Assembly: GCF_035594765.1 (NCBI RefSeq)
Contig: NC_085841.1
Location: 45,677,636-45,741,635, forward strand
DNA length: 64,000 bases
Direction: 5' to 3'
DNA from: Anolis carolinensis
Lineage: Eukaryota
Part shown: piece after piece, positions 51,123 through 62,739 of the stretch
Numbering within the stretch: the stretch's first letter is position 1
Layout of the letters: each line of letters opens with the position of its first letter
The notes under the pieces: generated by a model
What the model saw: only the letters and a program-made list of their open reading frames with translations
The model's database searches: none
Told to the model about the DNA's origin: nothing
Made by a program: the position numbers and the translations under genes

Positions 51123-52056
51123 TGGCCACTTTGATTAGCATGTAATGGCCTTGCAGCTTCAAAGCCTGGTTGCTTCCTCCCTGTTATCCTTGGTTGGGAA
51201 GTGTTAGCTGGCCCTGATTGTTTCCTCTCTGGAATTCCCCTCTTTTCAGATAGTTTATTTAGTGTTCTGATTTTAATGTTTTTTAATACTTGGAGCTATA
51301 TTGTGTTCATTTTCATGGTTCACAGCAACACAGTAATAATAATATTAATAATAATACAGTAGTAATAATAATAATGACTCACTTCTCTCCCTCCTCAGCT
51401 TCCTCCCTGGGGGATTCCTTTGTTTGGAGGTGTTAGCTGACCTTGATTGTTTCTTGTCTGGAATTCCCCTGTTTTCAGAGTGTTGTTCTTTATTTACTGT
51501 CCTGATTTTAGAGATTATATTGTTCTGTTTTATTATACCACAGTATATAAATATATATTATATTTATTATCTTATATTATTTGCTTTGATCTGGATTATA
51601 TGAGCCTGCTTCTACACAGCTGTATAGTATCCACAAGGATTATATAACAGTGTGGACTCAAGATAATCCAGTTCAAAGCAGATACTGTGCATTATCTGCC
51701 TTGGCATTCTGGATTATATAGCTGTGTGGAAGGGCCTTGAGTCTACACCGCCATATAATCCAGTTCAAATCAGATAATCTGTATTTTATAGGCAGTGTGG
51801 AAGAGGTCTAAGTGAACCCTGCCTGTCCCCCGGGCACCATTGTGGCTGAGAGGGTTGCTATGACATGAAGGGGGCAGCCAGTGGGAGAATGGATCTTCCT
51901 CATCCTCTGTAATTTGAACTTTATTTTTCTAGGGTTTTTTAATTGAAAGACATAGATTGGATGACTATGTCTTTTGTGGCCAAATTTGGTGTGATTTGGT
52001 TCAGTGGTTTTGTTGTTTACTCCATGGGGAAAACACACATTACATTTATATATAGA
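51123..52056 (-). mobile_element. Helitron-like mosaic non-autonomous element (5' part)
   Basis: Minus-strand A|TCTATATATAAA start at 52056; contains a duplicated Penelope-like segment and MITE modules; no 3' CTAG/hairpin end located. Confidence 0.45.
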
Positions 52057-52321
52057 TTTCAATTCAACCACCTTTCTCCTTTCTTTTGCTCATTCCACTT
52101 TTGTGGGGTTAGAATACTTCCTTCTGGTTTTTGAGATCTACTTACTCTATTTACATGTTTCTTCTACAATAGTAAAAATGTTCTTATTCCTACATTTAGA
52201 GCTACCATATCTAATACTTTAAATTCGATTTAGCATGTGTCCACTTCATGTCTCTCAGAAAACCCTTAGAATTTGAAGAGGAAACACTCTTTCCCTTCCC
52301 ACTGTTGGAAGCGTAATAACA

Positions 52322-52662
52322 CGGCTTCATCACAAAGGCAAATTTGCCAACCTAGGACAGTTTGATCTCACTTCAGAGCCAGCCAGATCCCATGGCACAA
52401 TGTAGATTTACTTCTGGCCAGGCTCTGTGCCTGAAGTGAGATCGAACTGTCGTAGGAACCAGCAATGGCAACATGGGACGCTTTCCATGTTGCATAGAAA
52501 ACAACAAGGGAGTGGGAACCGTGCGGCAACACTTCCTCCCAAGGGATGAGGTCAGGGGTGATACGGGGCACCGAGCGCCAGGTTTCCCATTCCCCATGCC
52601 AGATTCGCCACGATCCATGGCGAATCCCCCCACTATCCCTCGCCATTGTGTGTGATGAACCG
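52322..52662. mobile_element. MITE (Harbinger-like), CpG-rich
   Basis: TIR cgg(c)ttcatcaca / tgtgatgaaccg. Confidence 0.55.
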
Positions 52663-53280
52663 AAGAGTCAAAAATGCCTTAAAGTGGGCAGTAGAAATAG
52701 GATTAATTAGTCTGACCTAAATGTTCTCCCTCCTTGACCTGACTGCCCAACTGTAATGTAGACTGATACTCCCATGGATGTTTTCCACCTTTTCTTCCCC
52801 CCACCTCCTGCCAGTCCTCTCCCAGTAGTTTCCTAGAAAGAAGCTTTCTTAGATTAGTATCTATGTAACTTTCTTATTTTATGATGGAGTTTCTATAACA
52901 AAGTATTTAGTTTGTTTCTCTGAACCATTGGTGTCTTTGCCTCTTCTGTTTTAGTCACATCTGTACTGTTCCTTTGTAAACTAAAAACAAAAACATAGCC
53001 CTCAGTTCCAGTAGAAAGCAGTTGTGGCCAGTGGACCTGAGAAAGAAAGCTGTTGAACCCTGCACAACAAGATCCAAGGGACATTGGCTTATTTATGATT
53101 TTTCAGCTAGGTAGATTGAAAGGACTGTGACCCAGAGATGCTTTCTTGGCTGCTGTGACATATCATTAAAATGGTATTTTCCATTCTCCTCTTCAAACAT
53201 TTTTTGCCAGAAATATGTCTAGAAAACAAAATGAATAAATTTGAAATGGAAGATTCAAAGAGCAAGCACATTTCAAGCTT

Positions 53281-53292
53281 GCCATCTAGTGG
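53281..53292 (-). promoter_or_regulatory. CTCF core-motif match CCACTAGATGGC
   Basis: Consensus match only. Confidence 0.35.
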
Positions 53293-54231
53293 TTAGACTT
53301 TGGCTCAAGATATGATTCCAAGATTTGAATAGAATGTTTGAAATTTTGACCACAGAATCATCTGTCAGTTCGGATGTTGAAGAATTGCAATCAGTTGTAT
53401 CATATTGCAGAATGTAGTACTGTTTCATATCTGTCTGCCCCTATAAAATTATTTGACCAGTTTTAGCAGACTCCTAATTTATAGATCTTTTAAAAACTGG
53501 ACAAAACCCTTCCTTTTGAGCAAGCTTATTCTTGTGGCTTACCTTTATATTTTTTCATTATAGTACTGTATTTGTACTATTCATGGTATGCATTTCACTC
53601 TTTGGAAATTAAGCATACTGTTAGACACCCAGAGAATTATTAATTGTTCTAATGTCCCTTCAGCAAAGATGTGTTCCTAGACACCTGGAAATATCACCAA
53701 TACAATTCCCAGTCAAATAATGATCACAAAAATATTAGTGTAACACTATTTTCTATAAAATCATATATGACGTTATCCCAATCCATGGGTTTCTAGCTGA
53801 TGGCAGTATCCGCAGTGTCCAGACTGTCTTTTGGTAAGAGAAAGCAAATTAAAGATTGGAGAAGAATAATAGACATTGTGAGATAGGATAAGTGAACTGA
53901 TGTGAAAGAAAATAGAAAGCCAAGATACTTTGAATTATAATGCTTGTCTGCTAGAGCCATAGCTTCAAGAGCGTAACATTTAGACATCTGGAACTGGACA
54001 TGCTTACTATGGAGCTTAAGGGTTGGCATTTGTGGATTTTTGATGGTTTGCTAAAAACATAATTTCATATTATTGTTATCACTATCATCATCACTTCCGA
54101 CCTGTTTCTCCATATGGCCCGAGACAAGGAACAATATGAAATAGAATCATAGAATAGTCCCACGAGTCAAGGAAATACATTGTGGGAGGACATGAAAAAT
54201 TGCCTTTTCTGTGGTAGCACCCCGGTTTTGT

Positions 54232-54234
<3 letters not shown>

Positions 54235-54298
<64 letters not shown>
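54235..54298. repeat. (CT)n microsatellite expanded inside an old L2 fragment
   Basis: Flanks read gccttttctgtggtagcaccccgg..aattctct (AFSVVAPR..NSL). Confidence 0.9.
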
Positions 54299-54303
<5 letters not shown>

Positions 54304-54826
54304 GGAGGCCTAGATGTCACCAACTATAGAATCATGTTGGTGCTGAAATAAAACGTGGCTTTTTACTATAGTCTTCAATCCAAACCAATTTTATGCAAGC
54401 TGTATGTGTTTTACAATTATATAATGTAAGATTGTTTTAATTGTTTTTAAACTGTCCTTTTAAATTGAAATGCTATTTCTTGCATTTTAATCTTTTAAAA
54501 TTTCGTAATTATTTATTATTTTAAATATATTTTATTGAGAGCATCCCTGAGATATTTGGATTATTTTAAAGAAAGAAATAATAAATGCATCACACAGTTT
54601 AAAGTGCATATAAAATCACTATATATTAAAAATAATATTAACTTTAGAATTCATAATTTGAAATCAACTTGTATTTAAACGTTTCCATGTTTTTAAGTTT
54701 GGAGTACTGCCTTCATTTATTAAGTTGCAGACTTCCCTAACCTGTACACAGCTTTACAATCAATATACATTGACACTAGGGGGAAGTAGTAATCTGAAAT
54801 GAAGCAAATCTTTTTCTGCTCTCCAG

Positions 54827-54916
54827 GGTTCCAAATAACAGCCGAGCCAGCTCCGATAAAGAGTCTTCTGTGAGAAGCAATACCAGCAGACTCAACAACT
54901 CAGTTTCTACGTCAAG
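54827..54916 (+). CDS. KIF6: KIF6 coding exon (VPNNSRASSDKESSVRSNTSRLNNSVSTSR)
   Basis: ctctccag| acceptor, |gtatga donor, symmetric phase 2-2, 90 nt, open. Confidence 0.75.
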
Positions 54917-55194
54917 GTATGAAATGAGTTTTTTTTTAGGACCCTGCAAATACACTTACAGTAAGTCTTCATCGAAAATTAATTCCATGTGTCCAAAAAA
55001 ATGTTTGGAGCAGAGAGCATGTCTGGATATGATGCCCCTACCTCCAAAGTTGTAATCTATGCCATCTACAACTGCTGCCAAACTCCCACAAATTTTTGTA
55101 TGTGGAGCTGAACGTCTGAAGGGATGTGTAAATGCATTCAATGACTTGGAATTCTTATCATATGGAGGAACCCAAGGGTTTTTATGAGAATTCA

Positions 55195-55375
55195 TGGCTC
55201 ATTAGAAGAAGAAAAAACAATGATGCTTGGTAAGACAGAAGGCAAGAGGAAAAGAGGAAGAACACATTATAGTTGGATAGACTCAGTCAAGGAATCCCCC
55301 TGATTTTTAGGACCTGAGCAGTGCTGCTGATAACAGGGTGTCTTGGACGTCTGTCCTTCACAGGCCTGTCGTAAG
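55195..55375 (+). mobile_element. Old RTE/BovB fragment
   Basis: ..MMLGKTEGKRKRGR....WIDSVKE. Confidence 0.7.
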
Positions 55376-55716
55376 AAACAATTGCTGGGAAATTGGACTT
55401 TTCTGACAATCCATTCTTGGAGGCCAGCAAATGGATTTTCTCTTTAGAATAGTTTTAAGTGAATGAAGGCATGTTATGTTCATTTGAAAAGAAATGTACA
55501 TGTTGCATTTTAATATTATCTCATTTTATGCTGATTCCTGCCAGAAAAGAATAAAATCCACCTAGCACTCTTGTTTGTAATCTCTATACATTTTAGTGAA
55601 GTTTATTCAAATGCTCTTCATAAGCCTAGCTGAAATAAAGACAGGTTGTGAGAATGAAGATGCAAGGAAAGTAACTGATCGCTCATCTAAATCTTGAATA
55701 TACTTCCTTATTGCAG

Positions 55717-55823
55717 AATTTCTCCGAGTTCAATTTCATCCATCCCCTTCACAGGAGATAGTCAAACTGATGCTGATATTCTGGCTTTCGTAAGAGCCAG
55801 ACAAAATCTCCTACTGAAGAAAG
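55717..55823 (+). CDS. KIF6: KIF6 coding exon (ISPSSISSIPFTGDSQTDADILAFVRARQNLLLKK)
   Basis: ttgcag| acceptor, |gtattt donor, phase 2-1; matches the recalled conserved KIF6 C-terminal SIPLTGDSQTD.DI.AF..ARQ. Confidence 0.93.
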
Positions 55824-55825
55824 GT

Positions 55826-56310
55826 ATTTATTTATTATTATTATTTACATTATTTATACCCCGCTTCCTCCCTTTTCAAGGTGGCTAACAATCACACACT
55901 TTGATGAATTTAAAACAAAGCAAATGCAAAATTTAAAAAAAACAATTAAACAATGCTGCTTGTGTTAGGTTAAAAATACAATTAAAATACAATAAATGTA
56001 ATTAAAATGTATTTTAAAACACCCAATCCCCCCCCAAATTCCACCCACAACCTCCTCAGCAACGTGCCCCTTAGCCTTCTCCAAACGCCTGCCAGCAGAA
56101 AAAAGTCTTTACCAGGTTGCGGATGGCCAGCAGGCATGGGGCCATCCTGGTCTCTCTTGGGAGGGAGTTCCACAGTCTGGGAGCAGCCACCAAAAAGGCT
56201 TTCTCATGTGTTCCCACCAAACACACTTGAACAGATGGTGGGACAGAGGAAAGGTCCTCCCCAATCGATGGTAAATTTCTACTAGGTTCATAGAAAGAGA
56301 TATGGCCTTG
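55826..56310 (-). mobile_element. L2 LINE 3' fragment
   Basis: AFLVAAPRLWNSLP...KTFFCWQAF, homologous to the C-terminus of 48035..49090. Confidence 0.85.
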
Positions 56311-58231
56311 CAAAATGCACCATAGAGCTAAATTGTAATCTGTGTTAAAACTTCTTAAATTTAGAGTTAATATGTGGTCTCGCTCTGATTTATAGTAAGG
56401 ATTCTAAGCACTGCATTCTATTAACATGACCAAATGTAGAACATTTTCATATTATTAAATTTTTGTTAATTATTGCACAAATCAGTGTTCTTAACTACAG
56501 GTCTGTCAGTCACATGTTCCTATTAAAGATCCCTGTGATGCAGTTATGATATGTAAGACCAGTATTTCTTATTTATCAAGTCCTTTCCTTGTCCAGTCAG
56601 TCAAGATTGATCAGCAAAAGCTCTTGTCAAACCCATCAATACCAGAGGAATTGGCAAATGTATATTGCATGATAGAGGAAGTTGACTTTACATTCTTTTT
56701 CCAGCATCTCCTCAATATTATTGTAGGGGGAGCCCAGGAGGGACTGAGACAATAGCCCTATGTTGTCTTTGTGGACCAGAACCTTTTGTCTTGCGTTTTT
56801 AAAATATTTGATGTCTGTGAGAAAGCCAACACCTTTCTGAAACATCTGTTGGACATGAAATAGATAGTAACTAAAATATTAATGCATAAAACCACTACAG
56901 TGGCCAAGAAACTGACGAACCCATTGAGGAACATGGGATACCGTGGTTTGAAGATGATGGTTGCGTACATTTTTCCTGCTGGCATACTTGGCTACAGTCA
57001 GCTGGCCATATTGAAAAAGCTCATTCTCAGATAAGGAGAGTGAGGGGGGTGGGTGGCCTCTTTAGTCAAAAAGATATGATACATTGGGTCATGTGCATAT
57101 CTTGAAAACAATGAATAAGATCTCAGAAATAATATTTCTGCTGTCATTCTTGGAGTAGCGGAACCTCAAGTAGGCAGCCTTCTCATTTCTCAGGTACATG
57201 TTCCATGCATTTCCTTATGTATCTTCCTCATGTTTGTTACTGTGAAACTGAGAAACTATTTTAACTATTTTATACAAATCTACATATGTTTTTAATTGTT
57301 AGCTGTTTTGGATAGTTTTAAACAGTCAAGTCTGTTAAAAGAATGTTTCAGATTGGTCAAGTTGATTTTACTGTACACAATCTTATCTTTAGATACAGGT
57401 GGTAGATATTTAAATAAGTATACACATGAAATGCTATTAAACATGCATGAAAAATACAAAATATATATGTATGCTGAGAAAGATAAGTATTCAAGGGCTT
57501 TGGAAATATCACAACATACCTGATCATATGGTAGTGTGTGAGTTATTATAAACATACCCTAGATTCTGTTGAAAAAACTCTAGTTTAGTAATCCCCAGCC
57601 CTCACCTCACTCTATTTGTAATAGCTGTCCATTTCTAATAAGGAAGAGCATTGTATAGATGAGTGCAATATAGTGGAAAGGTCTGTGCCATGTTAGGAAA
57701 AATAAAGCAGCCACATTAGACAGAAAATTTGGCATATCAATAAAGACCAGTAAATTGTTTATACTTGTACTTATTAAATCAAAAATAATATTGGGATTTC
57801 TGCTTTAGATGGCAAGGTGAATTAGGCTACCTCTGGTTGACAAATCTAGGAGAGTAAAACAAAAACCAGTATTTATGATGTAAAAGCTGGTGAACAAATG
57901 CTGTGCATAACAGGTTTGGAAAACAAAAATGCTATTATCTAAACAACACAAAGACTTGAGAAAGCATGAATACACTCTCTTTTTTTCTAAATATACAAAA
58001 GAAACTTGTTGTCCATTATATAAAAGTTCATTTATGCTTGGAATACTTTTCTATGTATATTTTCAGCCTCTGATTGTAATTTCTCTAATGCTGTTCTTTA
58101 TCCTTGCTTTAACATGAAATTGCCCTTCTTCATTCACATAACTATATGTCAGGATCAGCTGTCATCTTACATTTGTAACTCTGCTATGTTTTCTCTTTTC
58201 TTATTTCATTTTTTTCCCTCTTTCCTCAAAG

Positions 58232-58251
58232 GAGAAGAAATGATAGAATAG
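58232..58251 (+). CDS. KIF6: Probable KIF6 terminal coding exon start (GEEMIE*)
   Basis: Very strong pyrimidine tract and caaag| acceptor, phase 1, TAG at 58249-58251, AATAAA at 58625 and 59141; alternative acceptor at 57808. Confidence 0.55.
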
Positions 58252-59469
58252 CTGCATAGTGTCTTCCGACACTGTAGAACTGTTCATTAGAAAGTATCCA
58301 TGCTAATCTACGCCAGTTCACATATAATTCCAAGTTCAAAAATATACACACACAATTGAGGTAGGATTCTGCCATCATATTTTGTATTTACCTATTGATG
58401 GGAACAAGCATCTCTAGATGTAAATGCCCACATAATTATGACATCTGTTGTCTGTTCATTGTGGAAAAGAAGTACAACATTTTTGTGAGTGAAATTTAGA
58501 CATTTGCAGAGATAAGCTCCAGTTTTTTGCAATCCAGTATTCTATGTATTGTGCAAGAGGATGCCTGAACTTGATTCCCAAACATCATCATATTCTTACA
58601 TCAGATGTGTATCAGCCCTTGGGCAATAAATGTATTACATTTCTGTTAAAAAGTTCACAAAAAATGGCAGTTGGCAGAAGCCATTCAGTATAAAGTAGAC
58701 ACCAGTGGCACCTAAAGGTAACAAGGAAGTTATTAATCTAAGTGAGAACGAAAAAGAGATGGATTCTCTTTAGCAGTGTTTCTGTCGGAACAGGAACAAA
58801 TTATACAAAACACATGAAAACGGCTGTGATTAGTGAAGCAATTGCTTTCCATCACCACTCAAGTGCTGATGACAGCATTACTCATCAAGCTATCAGCACC
58901 TGCCAGATGGTGTTAGCATTATCCCATAGTAGAGCTTTAGTCTATCTCTGGTTATCAGCAATAATTGTCGGGTGTAAATATAGAGGCTGCAAAACGAGTC
59001 ACCTTACTGCATCCCAAGCAAACATTCTATACACTTAGGATTTAAGATGTCATGTGTCTCAATTTGGTAAACTCATCATCAAGCTCCTTCTGAACATATA
59101 ATTATGTTAAACTACAGTATATGTTCATTTCCCATCATGGAATAAAATCACTGAGTGTAAGATATATTCCCTTTGGGTTTTTAAATAATCTCATTTATAG
59201 CTGATTAAATGCTATAGCTTAGTGACAAGAGCACACCTTACCTTGAGTCCCTCATCTAATATTGGTATACCAAGAAAGCTAGAAAGAAAAACACATAAAG
59301 GGTAGTTCATGCCCCCCGACCCCCTGTCAAGACCACTGCCCTGATGGGACTGTATGTAAGCCACATTCAGTGAAATGAATGATCTAGACAGATGGTAGTT
59401 AAGCAGAAAAGTTTGATTTACCTGGATTTTTTCTAACATTAAACAGTAACATCTGTTCATCATCTAGAG

Positions 59470-59829
59470 CAGTGGTTCCCAACTTTTTTTGAGTCGCAAC
59501 CCCATTTTATAGAGGTAAAGTAACTTGCAACTCCAGTACATTAAAAACAAGCTTTTTAATAGGGTAAATGAAAATACATCAAAAATAGTTTTTTCGGTAT
59601 AATGTAATTCAAAATACTGTAATGTTAACTGTGCATGAACCTGGATCTCACAGCAAGCTAACCTGACAAACAAAACATCATTACATGTTTATGCATACAA
59701 ATCTCTTTGCAGGACTTGATTACATAATACTTTTTGGTTTTCCCTTTTAAACATTTTCATAGCTCACCACTACTTGGTGACCCCACAGAAAACCCATTTA
59801 GGACGCAACCCATGGGTTAGGAACCATTG
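59470..59829. mobile_element. hAT-type non-autonomous element (360 bp)
   Basis: TIR cagtggttccc / aggaaccattg; 8-bp TSD ATCTAGAG at 59462-59469 and 59830-59837. Confidence 0.85.
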
Positions 59830-60409
59830 ATCTAGAGACTATTTCACCTATTTCCTCCATGGCTAGAGAAAACATCTTAAGTTCTATTAGGGTGTATCAA
59901 CTATACATATTTCCCCCAAAGAAAGCATTTCCATGTAAAGAGATGATGAAAACTGGATATTAAAGAAAGGAAATGAAAGAAAAAAAAAACCAGTTTGGAT
60001 CCTAAAATAAGATATGGAAAAACTTCTCCTTTACAGGATGGGGGAAAGGCTGATGGGAAAGGGAAGAAAATTTGGAGGAGGTAAATAGTGAGTGCAAATG
60101 TGGGAGTTGAGCCACACCTGTTGAGTTTCCTTCTGCATTAATTATGAATTAAAAAGGGAAGGGTACATATTACTAGGTAATTCCAAGTCTTCCTAAAGCT
60201 ACAGTGGATGAATAACAAGAGAGCTGCCTATAGTCCTAAAAATACCTTTGATTGCTTTTGTAGTAGATTTTCTGTTAATTTATTGCTAGTAACTAAAACA
60301 TTTTACAGTGATTAGAATTAGAATAGCTTTATTGTCATTGTGCTATTGCACAACAAAATTAAATGCCTTCCCCAGTACACATCAGTACACATCAGAAAAC
60401 AACACACCC

Positions 60410-60831
60410 ATCCCTGGGCTTAAGGTCCTGCTGATAAACACTAGGTCTGTGAATGGTAAAACAACTGCCATTCAGGATTTAATCCTGGATGAGGGAGCAG
60501 ACCTAGCATGCATCACCGAGACCTGGCTGGATGAGCTGGGGGGGGGGGGGGTAAACCTCACCCAGCTCTGTCCTCCAGGCTTTAGGGTGCATCAGCAAGC
60601 CAGACCCAGGGGGCAGGAAGGTGGTGTTGCGGTGGTCTATTGGGAGTCCATTGCCCTGATCAGGTGCCCTGCTCCTCAATTCTCTGGGTTCGATTGTGTC
60701 CAGCTGAAAGTGGGCAACCAGGACAGTTTGGGGCTTCTGCTTGTGTACCGACCACCCCGCAACACAGCAGTCTCCCTGCCAGAGCTTGCGGGGGTGGTCT
60801 CTGACCTGGCGTTGGGGTCTAACCAGCTAAT
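60410..60831 (+). mobile_element. L2 ORF2 N-terminal (APE) fragment interrupted by Gypsy insertion
   Basis: LKVLLINTRSVNGKT.AIQDLILDEGADLACITETWLDE, homologous to 48942..50612; cut just before GDFN. Confidence 0.9.
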
Positions 60832-61709
60832 TGTGATGTCTCATGGGCCATGTAGTCCCGTTCCTAGTACTATTGTGGCAGACGAAGAGGGAAACTTGGG
60901 TTTCCCACCGGTCCAGCCAGAATCGGAGGCCCCGCACCTGCAAGATGTTTGCCCTCAAGAAGTCAGCCAAACAAGCCTTGAGCAGAATTCTCCCCCGTTC
61001 TCTCGCAAAGATAATTATAATCGAGATAGAGGCGCTAGGGAGGCGAAGCGCCGAAGCGCCAGAATCGCTGCCAGACAATTAGCTGATTAAGCCTGTTTCC
61101 CTTGGGAAATCTTAAGGAGTCATGCATCTGGACACAGTATGGGTTTCACTTCTTGTTCCCCAGGGAAAGTGTTCCTTGGCGGGAAAACAAGATCCTATAT
61201 AGGTGTTTACCCGCAAGGAGATCCTTGCGGAGTCAATTCGTCAGCTTCAGGAGTAAGATCGTGTGTGGACTACGCTACTCCAGTTCCTTGTTTCCAGGAC
61301 CTTGCCACGGACCTTGTTCTAGTTCCAAACCTGCCTTGTTCCTCGGACCTCGCCACGGACCCTGTTCTTGCTTCTTGCCTCTTGTTGCCTCGTATCAAGT
61401 CTTGTTTGCCAAGAATCTAGTTTGTTTTCCAGCCTTGTTGTCAAGCTCCATTGGACTAAAGGACCCTGTCATTTCCCCACACTTGCTCGGCAAGTGTATG
61501 TTTCGGTTATTGGATTATAACTTTGGACTCTAATATCTCATATTGGACATTGATTTCCTGGACTATATTTGACCTTTCCTGAAAGGTCTACTTCTGAACT
61601 ATATTCTTCACTTGTTTTTATTGACTTTATATATTCCTTTAATAAAGATATTAGATAGATTCTGGTCTCTGCGCATGGTTATTGGTGCTCTGCGGCCTGG
61701 GTCTTGACA
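60832..61709 (+). mobile_element. 5' LTR of Gypsy element (LTR-D, 878 bp)
   Basis: TGT...ACA termini, TATATA 61196-61201, AATAAA 61641, followed by PBS and gag. Confidence 0.92.
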
Positions 61710-61711
61710 GT

Positions 61712-61721
61712 TTGACTCCGC
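61712..61721 (+). promoter_or_regulatory. Self-priming primer-binding site (Tf1/sushi type)
   Basis: TTGACTCCGC is the exact reverse complement of GCGGAGTCAA at 61227-61236, ~30 nt after the TATA box. Confidence 0.8.
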
Positions 61722-61752
61722 CACCCTAAGCACCAATTAACCTTAGGCCAGG

Positions 61753-62739
61753 ATGTCTACAGGAACCGGGGCGGAAGCCCAACCACTCAGCTACACCATT
61801 TCCAAGGATGAATTAGACAGAATCCGGGATACACTCCATACGCAGGAGGGAGAAATACGGGGCTTGAAGGAACGAGGTATCCGGCTCCCTGCCCTGGCGC
61901 TTCCAACCAAGTTTTCTGGAGAAGCCTCCAAGGTTCATGTTGTCCGTCGCCAATGCCAGGCGTACATAGAAGCCCGTCAAGCCGAGTTTCCCCAAGAAGA
62001 AATCAAGGTGGCGTGGATTTACAGTCTCCTAGAAGGGCCAGCGGGCAATTGGGCAACGGCGCTATTTGATGCGGGCTCCATGCACCTAAGTTCCGCGCAA
62101 AACTTCCTGAATCACCTTAAGGCGACATGGGGGATCGAGGACAATGTGGAGGCGGCTGGCCATAAACTCCGGCGCCTTTTCCAAGGGGACAGGCCGTTGT
62201 CCCAGTACATAGCCGAGTTCCGGGTGCTGGCCCAAAACACCGGTTGGAACGATATAGCCCTCAGAGGACAGTTTCGCAAGGGTCTCAACTTCGAGATGCA
62301 GGAAGAAATCTCCAAGGTGGAACCTCCAAACTCTCTTGAGAGACTTATCGATCAATGTTTACGAGCCGAAGTCCTGCTTGCCAACAAAAAACAGTGGCTC
62401 CGAGGCCAGAGTGGAAGAGCAGGAGTGAAACCTCCCGCTTCCGCCAGTATTCAGCCACGTCCAGTGTGGAGACCCCCACCACCAGCCCCATACCCCAGAG
62501 GAAGCGAGGAGGAGCCGATGCAGTTGGGCAATGTGCGTCCCAGATTAGATGTTGCCGAGAAGGCCCGCCGCCAACGTTTAAACCTCTGTTGGACCTGCAG
62601 GAACGGGGGCCACTTCGCCAGAGAATGTCCAGCCAAGAGAAAGCCCGCCGCTCGCTTGGCGGCGGCGTCCTCCGCGGAGACGGAGACGGCCGAGGCGGCT
62701 GGCGCAAAGCCGGCGGGGGAAGCCAGCGACCGGGCGTAG
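61753..62739 (+). CDS. Ty3/Gypsy (sushi-like) Gag
   Basis: Intact 328-aa ORF; PTKFSG, QG.RPL..Y..EF, EPMQLG, CCHC knuckle CWTCRNGGHFAREC. Confidence 0.93.
   Translation: MSTGTGAEAQPLSYTISKDELDRIRDTLHTQEGEIRGLKERGIRLPALALPTKFSGEASKVHVVRRQCQAYIEARQAEFPQEEIKVAWIYSLLEGPAGNWATALFDAGSMHLSSAQNFLNHLKATWGIEDNVEAAGHKLRRLFQGDRPLSQYIAEFRVLAQNTGWNDIALRGQFRKGLNFEMQEEISKVEPPNSLERLIDQCLRAEVLLANKKQWLRGQSGRAGVKPPASASIQPRPVWRPPPPAPYPRGSEEEPMQLGNVRPRLDVAEKARRQRLNLCWTCRNGGHFARECPAKRKPAARLAAASSAETETAEAAGAKPAGEASDRA

Noticed and set aside
53664-53739. Open phase-2 exon candidate (KDVFLDTWKYHQ..)
   Set aside because: No good donor in a phase compatible with the next exon and no recognisable homology.
60308-61090. 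260-aa ORF as a host gene
   Set aside because: Chance fusion of flanking DNA, an L2 endonuclease half and the LTR-D frame; non-ATG start.
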